A stretch of DNA of 64,000 nt from Eledone cirrhosa. Lineage: Eukaryota. Below the pieces are notes generated by a model that worked only from the letters and a program-made list of their open reading frames with translations, searched no databases and was not told where the DNA came from. The translations under genes were made by a program, and so were the position numbers. Positions 38,341 to 50,765 of this stretch are shown here, in pieces. Numbering within the stretch: position 1 is the stretch's first letter; each line of letters starts with the position of its first letter. The stretch covers positions 6,014,001 to 6,078,000 of the forward strand of contig OZ024762.1 of NCBI GenBank assembly GCA_964016885.1. Reading direction: 5' to 3'.

Positions 38341-38727
38341 TGTCAAGAGGTTCTAAAGTATCTTTAATGTAATCTCATGGCAAAGAGATTCATCACAGAC
38401 AACATTTTACTCAAGCAAGTCCAAGAGTAAAGCCAGCAATAGAGATAAACCCTTTATGTTGCCTTTGTTGACCTGACCAAGACTTGACTAAGAGAGACCT
38501 CTTTGCACCCCTGGGCAGAGACTGATGACCACCAAAGCTAATGAGTATCATCATTTCTTTCCACAACATCAAGCAGATGGACTGCAATTTCCGATACCAT
38601 TCTCAAAGCTATTCTCCATCCAAAGTAGAGTTTAGACAAGCCGTGTCTTCACCTCAATATTTTTAGGAGAGGATCGTCATACTGACAGGCTAAACCTACA
38701 CACTAGGTCTGAGATAAAACTCTTTAA

Positions 38728-38977
38728 CCCTTTCAATACTAGCCAGCCTACCCCTGATTCTGTGATAAAGCAGTCCATTTTAAAGTGTCCATATCTAAAT
38801 AAAAATCCTCCATCATAATTTTATATAAGAACGTTGTCGACATGTTCTTAGCATCATTGTTTTCCCATGCTTGCAGGGGTTAAGTTATCATATTAAAACT
38901 TGCCAAATTCTTGATTAAGTTCAAAATTAACTGAAACCCATTAAATGTATTTCATGACAAATATTGTCATGAAATGG
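38728..38977 (+). mobile_element. piggyBac-type MITE family B; many old copies (e.g. ~4310-4470, 6540-7145, 8750-8960, 9200-9420, 13050-13445, 19590-20030, 21200-21370, 34320-34530, 36780-36950, 40120-40670, 47740-47940)
   Basis: TTAA-CCCTTT...AAAGGG-TTAA type ends, shared motifs ccatcataatttt(a)tgtaagaac and aaattcttgattattttcaaaattat; this copy interrupts an RTE fragment at TTAA. Confidence 0.75.
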
Positions 38978-41900
38978 TTAAACTTACCGGCCTCAGAACA
39001 AAGACTAAAGATATAATTTGATGCTGATGTCAACTCAACATCTCACAGAGACTGACCTCCAGAAGTTAGTTACTTTACATAGACTTTCCAAGTGATTGGT
39101 CTGAAGAGAACTGACCATAGCCTCAAAATTATAGGTGTTTGTGTGAGATATTTTTACCTACCTAGATTTGACAGTCTCCAAAAACCTTTCCTTTAACCCA
39201 GAGTAATGTAAGTGAATAGAGAAAGCCACCACCAACACAGCCAGGAATTCTAAAAGAATGTGAGAAAATAACTTAACTCACAATGCAGAGACCCGGAAAA
39301 AATATCTAAAGATTCTGCCAAACTGATCCAAAACTAGACTCACCATGGGTACAAAAACTGCAGTGTAATGAGCCTGCATGTCAAGTACTCTTTTCTATAC
39401 AAGAGCTGGACAACATACAGGTGCCAATATCACTGCCTTAACACTTTTGTAAACATATTCCTTTTGGAACAAAAGAATGTTGAAGGGGTTTAATAAAATA
39501 AAACTTTATCAAATTTGAGTTAAGAATATAAGAAGTTCTTACATAAAATCATGACAGACGTCTTAGATTTAAATATAAACACTTTAAAATAGATAGCTTT
39601 GTAGCATAGAACCAAGAGTGGTTTCAGATGGTTTGCTATCACAAGGATTAATGTCAATATAATAGATACAAGAAAACACCTAAAAGATTTTTTAAATTAT
39701 ACTTTCATGTCTCAAAAGTCCCCACCCATGTACACAATGCTGTATTTTTTTTTACATTACAACCGCAACAAAAGAGTGAGACAAACTAAATATTTGTTGA
39801 TTTGCCAAACTGGTAAAGAACTTTTCATCATAATCATTTCGAAATTTCTTTGTGCTTTTCATAATTAGCCTCAGTTTTTCTGGCTGGATGCCCTTCCTAT
39901 CACCAACCACATTACACTGTAGACTGGCTGCATTCTCCTAGACAGATTGCTTTCACAACAGATTACAGAGCCCTTGTCTACCCCATGCCATCTTATTTAT
40001 TTAGACCATTTTCCTAGACTACACAAAGCCCACATCTGTGCAGTCTTATTCAGAGTGACTCCTCTCCTAGATAAGATGCCTTTACATCTTAAACTCACTT
40101 CAAATGAAACATTCATATAGATTAACCCTTTCATTACCATATTACTAATGAAAGGCACTGCCTATGATTTTTAAATAATTTTGAAAATAAGAATTTAGAG
40201 AGAATTTGTACTAATCAATTTTCTCATTAAGTTGGTGTTTGGAGCACAATAAAGCATCTTACATAAAATTCTTTACTTCGTGAGTCATATCTCTCTTTCA
40301 AAGGTGAAAGCATTAATTTTGCTTTTTCTAATGGCTAGAATATATGTAGTTCGCCACACCTGCTTAAACATCCACACCACCGATGTAGACCAAGTGAAAG
40401 GCCGATACAGCTTGGTACCAGTGACGTCACAACTCATTTCTACAGCTAAATAAACAGAAGCAACGTGAAATAAAATGTCTTGCTCAAGGTCACAATGCAT
40501 CACCTGGTCTGAGAATCAAACTCACAACCTCCCGATTGCAAGCCAAATGCTCTAACTACTAAGCCATGCGCCTTCACTAAGATAAATATAAATATAAACA
40601 CTTCGAAATAATCAACTTTGCAACATAGAATCAGGGTTAATTTCAGGCAGTTAATTTTGGTATTAAAAGGGTTAATATATGGTTCTTATATTATGCAGAA
40701 AGATTTTAATTTAAATAAGAAGGTGGGTGGGGTAATAGAACCGGAGCCAATTTTGGGTGTGTTGCCATCAAAATGGTTAAATGTTTTAGAGAGAGGACAT
40801 GCCAAATTGGGTCTCTATTTTGTTAAAATACAAAACACGCTTTGTTTAAGCATACACACACATGGTTAGATGTACAAAGCTAGATATTTTTAGAAGGGTT
40901 GAAGTTAGCAGGGTTATTCATTAGAAAGTACTACTGCAAGCCCTAGAATAGATTTGAGGTGGGGGTTTGGGGTTGAAAACTATGAGGACCCTTCCCACTC
41001 TACAGCAAGTGAGCATGGTAGAGAAAGCAGAGAGAAAATTACAACACAAAGGAAATGAAAGCAAAGAAAAGCTAGAAGAGAAAGAGGAATCTTTTGCAAG
41101 GATTAAAGGCAAAGCTCTAAGATAGCAAGTGCAAAGAATTTGAAATAGTCGGTGAGAACAAATCTGTATGGCACTGGGAAAAATTGGTTGCACAATCAAT
41201 TGGGGACAAGTGGGACACTGGTATTTACTGAGAGAATATTGAGGGATTTAGCTTTTCATTTTATTTTATTTATCTTATGGAAATAAGCAACATGTAATTG
41301 AGGCAAGAAAAAGCCAGCTTCAGTAGAGCTAATGGACAAGCTGAGCCACATAAAAGTGGGAACGAGGGTTAAGATATAGGGATGGATTAAAACTAAACAA
41401 GCCATACTTCCTTACTTCCTTTTAGTATGGTAGCATAAATATTAATGACTTCAAGGTCATTGATTGGAGAATTAGAATTCCATCTAAGGATGGGTTTCCC
41501 TGAAGACTAAAGGCATTACAACTATTGTCACCTACTACAAAGGCAAGGGGTTGTAATAGGGACCGAGTTCAAACTAAAATTTAAAAAAAATAATAATAAA
41601 AAATATACAAACTTATTAAAACAACAGTAGCAGGGACTACTGGAGGAAAAAAAATGTTAATTGGATGTCATATTTTGGTTTGGTATAAGGATATTGGGAT
41701 CAACCAATGCCATATTCTTTGTGAGAGAGCTGCAGGAAAAAATTTGGCAAAAAAAATTAAACAACTATACCTTGCCTTTGATGACCTAGTATTGAAGACC
41801 TTTGACAGGGTCCAACATGCTATGATCTGGTGGGTGATGAAAAAGTTAGGCATGGATAAGTGGCTAATAAGGGAAATCAAGTTCATATATGATGAGGGTG

Positions 41901-43671
41901 CTAAATGTAGGAGGAGAGAGAAGCTATGTATTAATGGCCATGAACCCTTCACTTCCCATGGAGTTGCAGGGATGCTAATATGACAGTGTGCCATCTCTCT
42001 CTGGGTCTGAACACAGCCAAAGAAAGAGAGAAAAAGAATTAATCCCCAGTACTAGGCTGGTACCCTAACCTTGAAAAGTTGAAAAGCAAAGTTAACCTCG
42101 TTGGGATTTGAACTCAGGGCAGAGAGAGCCAGAACAAATACAGCAAAGAATTCTATTTGACATTCTAGTGACTGCTAATTCGCTGTCTTTTATGGGTCTA
42201 TAGGGGGAACTTGAATTTGGGAAGGATGCCATAAAAACTGCCTTTAGTAATCCTTCCTTTAACCTTATTCAAATAATTGTTTTTAAAACAGAGTATTCAG
42301 AGGAAAACTATATTGAAATGTCATGAGCAAATAATGCATAAGAGCTTAAAGCAAAATGTTACAGGCAAATAATTTTACTGAAAATGCAGAAAGTAATATG
42401 TGTGTGTGTAAAAACAACAATGTATTTTATTTTCTCTCAAAAAGGATATTCACCAAATATATACGGCCTTATATATATAATATAGAATATACTACAAGTG
42501 TTTTATGTCCATTTTCCTTGCGAAAGCCGGGGCTACCCTTGAGGCCTCATGATCAGAAGACCTTATTGAGGCAAGGTTTTACAGCTGGGTACCATTCCTG
42601 GTGAAAACCCCTTTAGTCACTAAGGAGTACCTCAGATAATTCGATACACACACACACACACATTAATCACATATATACATACACACTTCTTCCTGAGAGG
42701 GGTGTGGGCGAAGAGTCCTCAAACACTCCTTCCAGCAGGTCCTGTCAGAAGGAACCTCTCCAATTGATCCGACAGGATTCCCAAGCGTGACCAGCCAAGC
42801 TCCTGGTCTACCCATGGGTCTCCTGCCGGTTGGTTTTGCCCGTAAAATATGTCCAGCAATTCTTTCCCAAGACATTCTAACCACATGCTCATAGTATTGG
42901 AGCTGTGATCTTTCAATTCAGAGAAGTAACGGCTCTACCTGGAATGACTCATTTCCAAATTACGCACTTTATCAAGTAACGTTACTCCAAAGACCCTTCA
43001 AAGGAATCCCATTATGGCCTCTTGTATTCATGATCGTATTCTTGTGTGTGGATTAGTGAATGTATTCAGAAATGAGAAAAAAGTACTCTTCATAAAAACT
43101 GTGTGTGTGTGTGCGTGCGCGGAGCCCAGGTTTGAGAATAGGTACACTATCTCTGCAAAAAGGGTTTGTGTTGAAAAGAGAAACCAGCAGTAAATCATTC
43201 AACATTGTCTGAAAACAACCTGTCCAACCCATCCCAGCATAGAAAAGTGGATGTAAAAAGGGTTATATACATATATCTTTTTATACAGTAGAACCTCAGT
43301 TCACGAGCTCTTCTCATGAACAAATCAGTTCACAAACAATTTTTCTGAACAAAAAACATTTTGGTTGACAAACGGTGTCTTGAGTAAAGAACACGAAAGC
43401 TGGTAACAACAGTTGACAAGCTGGGAAAGCGTCACTTGCTGTGTAGTTAGTTACTATGGTGATATCTATCTGTCTTTCATACAGTCTCTCACTGTATTTC
43501 TCAACATTTCATATGGTGAAAGATAGTTTCAATTTATAAACATTTCAGATAATCAATGGCCTTCAGGAACAGATTAAATTTGTGAACCGAGGTTCCATTG
43601 TATATTGTTTAAAATAAAAAATATGCATACATGTGAGAGAATATATATACATGTGTGTGTGTGTGTGTATA

Positions 43672-43720
<49 letters not shown>

Positions 43721-44939
43721 ATAAATCTACAGTTACCTGTGTATCTAGGTATTTGATACAACCTTTTATATATATATAACATACACACCTGAAAACTCAG
43801 AAATGTGAAACTCAAAGTTACAATTCAAGAAGCTTTAGTTGAGAGAAAGAACTTGCTAAATATAGGGTTGGGAAGATTAATTGTCCCAAGAGTACAATAA
43901 CCTCTCTAGTGCTGGTACCATAATAAATTCCAACCAGTACATCCATACACAAACAAGATGCAGAGCTCCAGGCCCATCTCTGAGGAAAGTGGCACAATAA
44001 ACTGGTGACTTGGTCTATGGTGACCTGGCCAACCTATGCAAGCATGGAAAAGCGGACATTAACTGATGGTGATATAAATAAATATGCACCCATATGTACA
44101 TATATAGAATTATACTTCAAAGCAAGGACTTATAAATGCAAAAATAAAATAAAAGATTATATAGAGTATAACAAAAAGGTGGTTTAGATTATGAAATTTA
44201 TAACACAAAGGCTCTAAAGGAGTTGACCTCACAACCACCTGTAGTTTCAGGATCAAACCCATTGCATGGCACCTTGGACAAGTGTCTTGAATTATAGCCT
44301 CAAGTTGACCAATGCATTGAGAATAGAAGTTGGATATGTGAAGGCACACTGCCTAATAATTAAGATGTTGAACTTACAATTGTAATGTCATGGGTTGGAT
44401 TCTTCAAACAGGTGGCATGTGTTCTTGAGCAAAACAATTTCACATTACTCCACTACACTCAGCTGAAAATGAGTACCAGTAGTATCTGGAGTTAGCCATG
44501 TGAAAAACTGGTATCCTGTCTAGGAAAGTGCTATGTACTCATTTAACGCCAATGAAACCAATATAAGCTACGGCCTAATGAGTCTCTGGGTTTGGGGTAG
44601 ACTTTAGTTGGTGTTCATGGAAGACAAACCAGATGATAAATCAGGGTGGACAAATGATGCATGGTAAGTAATCGTCACAATTAACAAAAGATATATTTTA
44701 ACAGATGAACTTCTGCAGAAAAGACATTGCAAAGCTACCATGGAAAGTATTGATATTAAATTGGTGGTGGTGGCAATGGTGTATGTGGTGTTGGTACTGG
44801 TAGCAGTGGAGATGATGGTGAAAGTAATGAACCCACTTCACTCCTGCCCTTCTCACAAATGACAATGATGAGTATAAGATTAAATGTGTATTTGGGTCCA
44901 TAGATATATTTACTCCAATAACCACATAATATTTTATAT

Positions 44940-46420
44940 TAAATGGGTAGATAAGATAATCACAGTGAACAGGGTGAATGCAAGAATCATTAAACTCAGA
45001 CTAGTCCTGAATAAAACAATTACCACAATAATATCAGCTTACGCACCCCAATCGGGGTTGCCAGACGAACTTAAGGACAGGTTTTATGAGTCCCTAATGC
45101 ACACCACTGCTCTAACAAACGACAATGACTTCCTAATCATTGCAGGAGATTTTAACGGACACGTAGGTAAACACCGTGACAGCTTCTATAGAGTCCATGG
45201 AGGCCACGAGGTTGGCACAAGAAATGAAGAAGGCTTCAGGCTTCTAGAATTCTGCGACGCCAATGACATGTCGATATGTAACACAAACTTCAAAAAACCT
45301 GACAACCATCTGATCAACTATAGATCTGGAGAGCACTCTAGTCATAGATTTTATCCTCATCAGAGGACGTGACAGGTGGACAGTTGTAAACACAAAAGCC
45401 TTCCCTAGTGAGGAATGTACCTCCCAACATAACTTAGTTGTCAGCGACCTCACAGTCAGAACTAGACGAACCTGGAAACAGAAGATCTGGAAGCTGAAAG
45501 ACCCCTCAGCCAGTAACAGATTTAAAGATATTTTACTCGACGCCTATGACAGTAAAGAAGAACAGATAGAGACATTCAATGTAGAAGAGCACTGGGAGTT
45601 CCTAAAAAATAACTTACTAAAGGTGACGGATGAGATCTGTGGCTGGAGTAAGACTCCTGGAGAGTGACTTGGTGGTGGAACAATAAGGTAGATGAGGCAG
45701 TTAAGGCCAAGAGACAGGCATGGAAAGAATGGAAGAACAGGGGCAGTAGGGTACATTACATAGAGACCAGGAGGGAAGCTAGGCAACAAGTATACTTAGC
45801 TAGGAGGCAAGTGGAGGATAGAAAATTCAAGCATGTTTTGCAACGCGAGGACCAGAAACAGGTGTTCAAGATTGCGAGGCAGTGTGTCAGAGAGAATTGT
45901 GATGTCATTGGAGAGAAGTGTATCCGGAATGATAAAGGTGAGCTTTCCCTCACAAGTGCTGAGAAGAAAGATGCATGGAAGAGCCATTATGAAAGATTAC
46001 TAAATGAGGAGAATGCACGGGAAGAAGAGACCCTACCCCAAGTAGACTCTATAGAGGGGCCAGCAGTACAAGTCAGCAGCAGCATATTAAGTAAGGCAAT
46101 CAAAGATATGAAGACGGGGAAGGCAACCGGTCCATCGGGTATAGCTGCGTCTGAGAGGGATAGATTCTAGTGTGTGAAAGAGACTGCGATGGTATGGACA
46201 TGTGATGCGCATGGAAGATGGCCGATGGGTGAAGAAGTGCCAAGAAATGCCAGTTGAAGGAAGACATGGTAGAGGTGGTGAGAGCAGACCTCAGATTGCT
46301 GAAGCTCACAGTGGAGATGACGAAGGACCGTGACAAGTAGAGAGATGCTGTGCTGAATAGGAACTGTCCCACCCTTGCAAGCAGAGAAAAGCGGATGTAA
46401 AATGATGATGATGATGATAT
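44940..46420 (+). mobile_element. Internally deleted RTE-clade LINE (AP-endonuclease, linker, 3' end with (GAT)n tail)
   Basis: IISAYAPQSG, IIAGDFNGHVG, LLEFC..N...CNTNFKK; TWWWN..V; KTGKATGPSGI joined directly to the WYGHVMRM C-terminus; tail gcggatgtaaaatgatgatgat. Confidence 0.92.
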
Positions 46421-46629
46421 GTATATATAAGTTTCAGAAGATCCCGTTAAGAGCGAAAGCAGCGAATCTTTGCTTAAACTTTAATCAGGTATTTTAATAA
46501 ATAAATATATATATATGATGTGTTGTTTCCTTGAGCAAGACACTTTATTTCACATTGCTCCAGTTTACTCAGCTGTAGAAATGAGATGGTAGGACTGGGG
46601 TCCCTATCATTCCACTACAAAGTGGTCAT

Positions 46630-46780
46630 GGAGGTGCCATGGCAAAAAAGCACTCAGCACTCACTGTAAATGAGGTTGGTGTTAGGAAGGGCATCCAGCT
46701 GTAGAAATCAAGCCAGAATCAGTTCCCGTCCCACTTTTGCAAGCAAGGAAAAGCGGACGTAAAATGATGATGATGGTGAT
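46630..46780 (+). mobile_element. SINE family 3 with RTE-derived tail (other copies ~1190-1335, 5690-5905, 8310-8550, 14360-14660, 37330-37535, 48295-48380, 55545-55910)
   Basis: ggtgttaggaagggcatccagctgtagaaa core and aagcggacgtaaaatgatgatg tail shared with the RTE LINE. Confidence 0.85.
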
Positions 46781-47756
46781 ATATTTATATATATATTTAT
46801 TACAAGAATCAATTCCTAGTAGCAGGTGATGGCAATTTTTCCATCTTTAAGAGTCTTCACCCTATTCTTTAGGCTATTTTATAGCATCGCTGCACTTGAG
46901 CACACCACTATATATACACATACTAAGGATATTTTTTTTCCTTTCGCAAATATCAATTTCAAATCAAAATCCTATAGTAAACATTTGACACAAGTTTCAA
47001 TCAAAATTTTTAAACTCAAATTTTAATTACAAATATATCAATAACTAAATTTTTTTTTTTTTTTTTTTTTGTTGACTCTTTTGTAACCCTTTGTAAACCC
47101 ACATTTCTCACTGCTTATAATTTTCTCACACTGTCTATGATATTAAAATAGTTTTGTAAATAATCAAAAATTTACAAACAACTAATGTTTTCATTATTAA
47201 AAGTGGGTGTTAAGAACAGAAGTTCTTACATAAAACAAAGATGAAATGTTTTTAGATAAATATGAGCACTTTAAAATAAACAGCTTAGTATTATAGACAC
47301 AGGTGATTCTAAACAGTTTGACAACCTCAAATTTAAAGTAAAAATACACCGATTTATTTATTATTTTTTTTTTTTTTCTCATGTTTACAGTCATAACTGA
47401 TCAATCTGAACTAATTTTAAAATTCTGTTAACCCTTGCATTAGCATACATCTAACCAAAGACACCATGTTTCAATCATCTTTGAAAATAATGAAGAATTT
47501 GAAGTGATTTAACATAACATCCTGTACCACATGAAACTACATTAATAAGACATTCTTAAAAAGTACAAAGCAGCACTGTGACTAAAATTTAAATCTTTAG
47601 TTTACTGCAGATTTTCACAAGTCCACTAGTAAAGATACTAGAAACATTTCAATTGACAAGTTGGTTTATAGAGACCTGCTAAATCAGTAATTTACATAAA
47701 ATATTCTTACCTAAAATTAAGATGAAAGGTTTTAATTTAACCCTTTTGATACTTAA

Positions 47757-47787
<31 letters not shown>

Positions 47788-48464
47788 ACTGCTTCTGAGC
47801 CTACGAAATACAAACATTCATTTTAAAGGGTTTCTTTTTAAACTCTTATAATGAAATAATTTTAGCACATCTCTTCAAATTCTTCATTAATTAATATACA
47901 GCATATTGCATGAGAAATACAGTAATGAAAGGGTTAAACAAATATTTTTTTATCCTGTGTGCATCTGGAATAGGTACACTGTAACCCTATGTGTTGTTGG
48001 AGGTGACAAACGGTTGACATTAGGAAAGGCATCTGGCTGTAAAAAAAACTGCCCGAAAAAGGACACCATGATGAAGATGGAATATGCCATGGAACCTTCA
48101 AGGCTAATGCCTGCTTTGGCTGGCAAATTGCCATTAAAACACTCCCTGATTGTGTTTATCTTAGAACCAATGGTTAAACCCTAGTGAAAACCGTAGCTGC
48201 TACAAAATCCTCACCACCACCTCAGAACACAGAAAATAAAGAAAATATAAGTTGACAGACAGTAAAAATGTGTCAAGGATACAACAAACACCCTAGTACT
48301 GGTGCCACGATAAACTGCACCCAGTATACTCTGTAAAAGAGATTGGCATTAGGAAGGACATCCAGCTGAAGAAACTATACCAAGGAAGGGGTTAAGAGAA
48401 TTCTTCAGTTATGTGAAGAGCATGAAAACCTCCCTAATGCTGGTGCCACAATAATTCACACCTA

Positions 48465-48830
48465 CTGAACTGTCTTCTTAGTCTTAGTTCCTCCAGTCCC
48501 TTGTGGAACATTGGGCGACGAGCTTCCTCTACTTGATCCTGTCACTGGCGGCCCTTCTAGCACCTCTCCAGGTAATTTCCATCTCCTGCAGGTCCTCCCT
48601 GAATGTGCCCCGCCATGTTTTTTGTGGTCTTCCCCCGTTCTCTCCTGCGACCTTCTGGTACTCAATCCATGGCAATATGAGCAGGTCGATCTGCCGGCAA
48701 ACGAAGGATGTGGCCCGCGAACCGCTGTCTCCTTTTCCGGACAATGTCCCTTAACCTCTCCAATCCCGACCTCCTCATTACTTCCTCGTACTGAAGGACA
48801 ATAGCTCTGATTAGGTACTGACATGGTCTG
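48465..48830 (-). mobile_element. RTE LINE 3' fragment (similar pieces at ~6810-7080, 22285-22560, 42680-43050, all minus)
   Basis: RRQRFAGHILRLPADRPAHIAMD...GRPQKTWRGTFREDL C-terminal RTE motifs. Confidence 0.8.
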
Positions 48831-48921
48831 TGACAAACAGCATTAAAAAAAATGGACATTAAATGATGATGGTGATGAAAAAATGATGTTCCAGGAAGGA
48901 AATAAAAAAAAAAAATATTAC

Positions 48922-49040
48922 CTTCTATTCTTATTCAGTGTGTTGTCAGAGGTAGTAGTGCAACCTTCTCTGTCTCCCCCTTGTTGTCGATGCGATCGTC
49001 TACGAGACCCCCCAAGATAACTTTCAGATTGGTCGGCCAT
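48922..49040 (-). CDS. TRIP12: TRIP12 first coding exon (exon spans 48922-49081; ATG at 49040)
   Basis: ttttgcag acceptor at 49082-84; reads MADQSESYLGGSRRRSHRQQGGDREGCTTTSDNTLNKNR then AG|gtaat (phase 2); GGS-RRS-R motif parallels the vertebrate TRIP12 N-terminus (MSNRPNNNPGGSLRRSQR). Confidence 0.85.
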
Positions 49041-49254
49041 AGGCAGACAACCGGTTTAGGTTCATCCCCTAGTTTAAATACCTGCAAAATACGAGAGAGA
49101 AAAGGCTCATATTAAAAATGCAATACAATACAATACAATACAAAATAAAAATAAATAAATATCAGAAACAGGACTACTTCCAGCTTGCCACACACACACA
49201 CACACACACACGAGCATCTACTAGTCCATATATAACATATTACACTTCACACTT

Positions 49255-49680
49255 CGGCATGTTTAGCCAGCCTCCTACAAGATTGTATCTTGGTTATTTT
49301 TAAGAGAGGTGCTCTAATATTGTTACAGCTCACACATCTGCAGGTTTAGCTGACCTCCCATGAAGTTGTATCTCATAAAAGGTTTCTTGTTTTAATGATA
49401 GGAGCCCCAGTCCTATCGTTGTTACAGCTCACACCAATGTAGGTTTATCGGGCTTCCTATAAGGTATCTCATAGGTTTCTCGTGTTTTAATGAGAGGAGC
49501 CCTAGTGTTGTTACAGCTCACACCAATGTAGGTTTATCGGGCTTCCTATAAGGTATCTCATAGGTTTCTCGTGTTTTAATGAGAGGAGCCCTAGTGTTGT
49601 TACTGCTCAAACCAATGTAAGTTTATCTGGCCTCTTACAGGGTTGTATCGCAATGGAGGTTTCTCAGGTGTATGATGGGG
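49255..49680. repeat. Tandem array of an ~89-bp unit (also ~7480-7760, 9520-9670, 13800-13930, 18715-19200, 51160-51440)
   Basis: Unit gttacagctcacacctatgtaggtttagctggcctcct...cataggtttcttgggtgttttaatgataggagcccc; exact 89-bp repeat at 49421/49510. Confidence 0.9.
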
Positions 49681-50486
49681 GAGGGCCCCATGTATGATAT
49701 ACTTCGTACAAAACATGTAAAAGTATTTTGGCCATGATCTCCACATGAATCTTTACATCAGCACCACTTAATGCAAACAGTAGTGTCTATTTTTGGCTGC
49801 ATAACAGTTCGAAAAGGGTCTGTGGTATATACCATACTTATAAATAAACTACGGAATATTCTCAAGGAGCATCTCGCCCTAGAAAATCTTCCAAAAAAAG
49901 TCTTCACCAGCCAGGACAAAAACAACGAATTGATTTTTTTTCTTCTTTTGAAACAAAAAAAAAAAGAAAAAAAGTAAAGTTTGTAGGTTTAACTGGACTT
50001 TCCCGAGCTTACATTTCCTAGGTTTCTTGGGTGATTTCATGATCAGGGCCCCAGTTTAATCATGAAAAGCAACATGAAATGACGCATCTTGCTCAGATAC
50101 ACAATGTGTAGTCCAGTATAGGTACAAAATTCATAACCTTATGACAAAGAGTTCAACTAACTACTCACCCACACTATGGGGGGGGGGGGGGGGGGGGGGG
50201 GCTGTATTATTTCAAGAATTTCTTCCAAAATAGTTAACATGATTTTTAAAAATGCTGTTAGAAAATGTGATATGGACATCAACAGGTTAAGAGGTGGGGG
50301 TAAGGGGGAGGGATACAAACTTCTATTGTGTAGGCTAACATGTATAAACAATAGAAACTAATCTGACATATGGTGACCTCAGAAGATATTTCAGACTAGT
50401 GTTATGTGTAGTACCAACAACCAGGTCAAGAGAATCTCCAGAGCAGTAAGAGATGAAATAAGGACCCACACATGCACACAGTAAAG

Positions 50487-50765
50487 CATGTGGCCTAGTG
50501 GTTAAGGTGCTAAACTCAAAATTATAAAGGTTATGGGTTTAATTTCTGTACCAGGCAGCATGTGTTCGTGAACAAGACATTTCATTCCATATTGCTTCTT
50601 TTCATGATGGGACAGAAAACACCAGAGAAACCCCCAATGAGATACAACTTCCTAGGAGGCCAGCTAAACCTACATAGCTGTGAGCTGTAGCAACATGATA
50701 GAAGTGGGAGCATCCTATCATTAAAACACCTGAGAAACCTAAAATGAGGTACGTCATAGGAAGCC
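50487..50765 (+). mobile_element. tRNA-derived SINE family 2 (other copies ~3245-3325, 7770-7875, 7995-8250, 24920-25195, 29222-29430, 33525-33732, 40340-40575, 44345-44600, 49980-50155, 56040-56245, 56510-56790)
   Basis: A-box tggcctagtggttaag, B-box ggttcaattcc type, CORE-like ttgagcaagacact block; several copies continue into the ~89-bp repeat. Confidence 0.85.

Larger units (their letters stand above)
37540..39450 (+). mobile_element. Highly decayed RTE/BovB-like LINE debris (another piece at 41690-41900)
   Basis: KPLYVAFVDLTK at ~38450; QLYLAFDDLVLKTFDRV..IWWVMKKLG at ~41760-41850; interrupted by a minisatellite and a MITE. Confidence 0.65.

Noticed and set aside
38032-38346. Repetitive ORF (SLTSYVEQGYNSVV)n as a TRIP12 exon
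   Set aside because: Minisatellite inside LINE debris with no convincing splice sites; the TRIP12 frame is complete without it.
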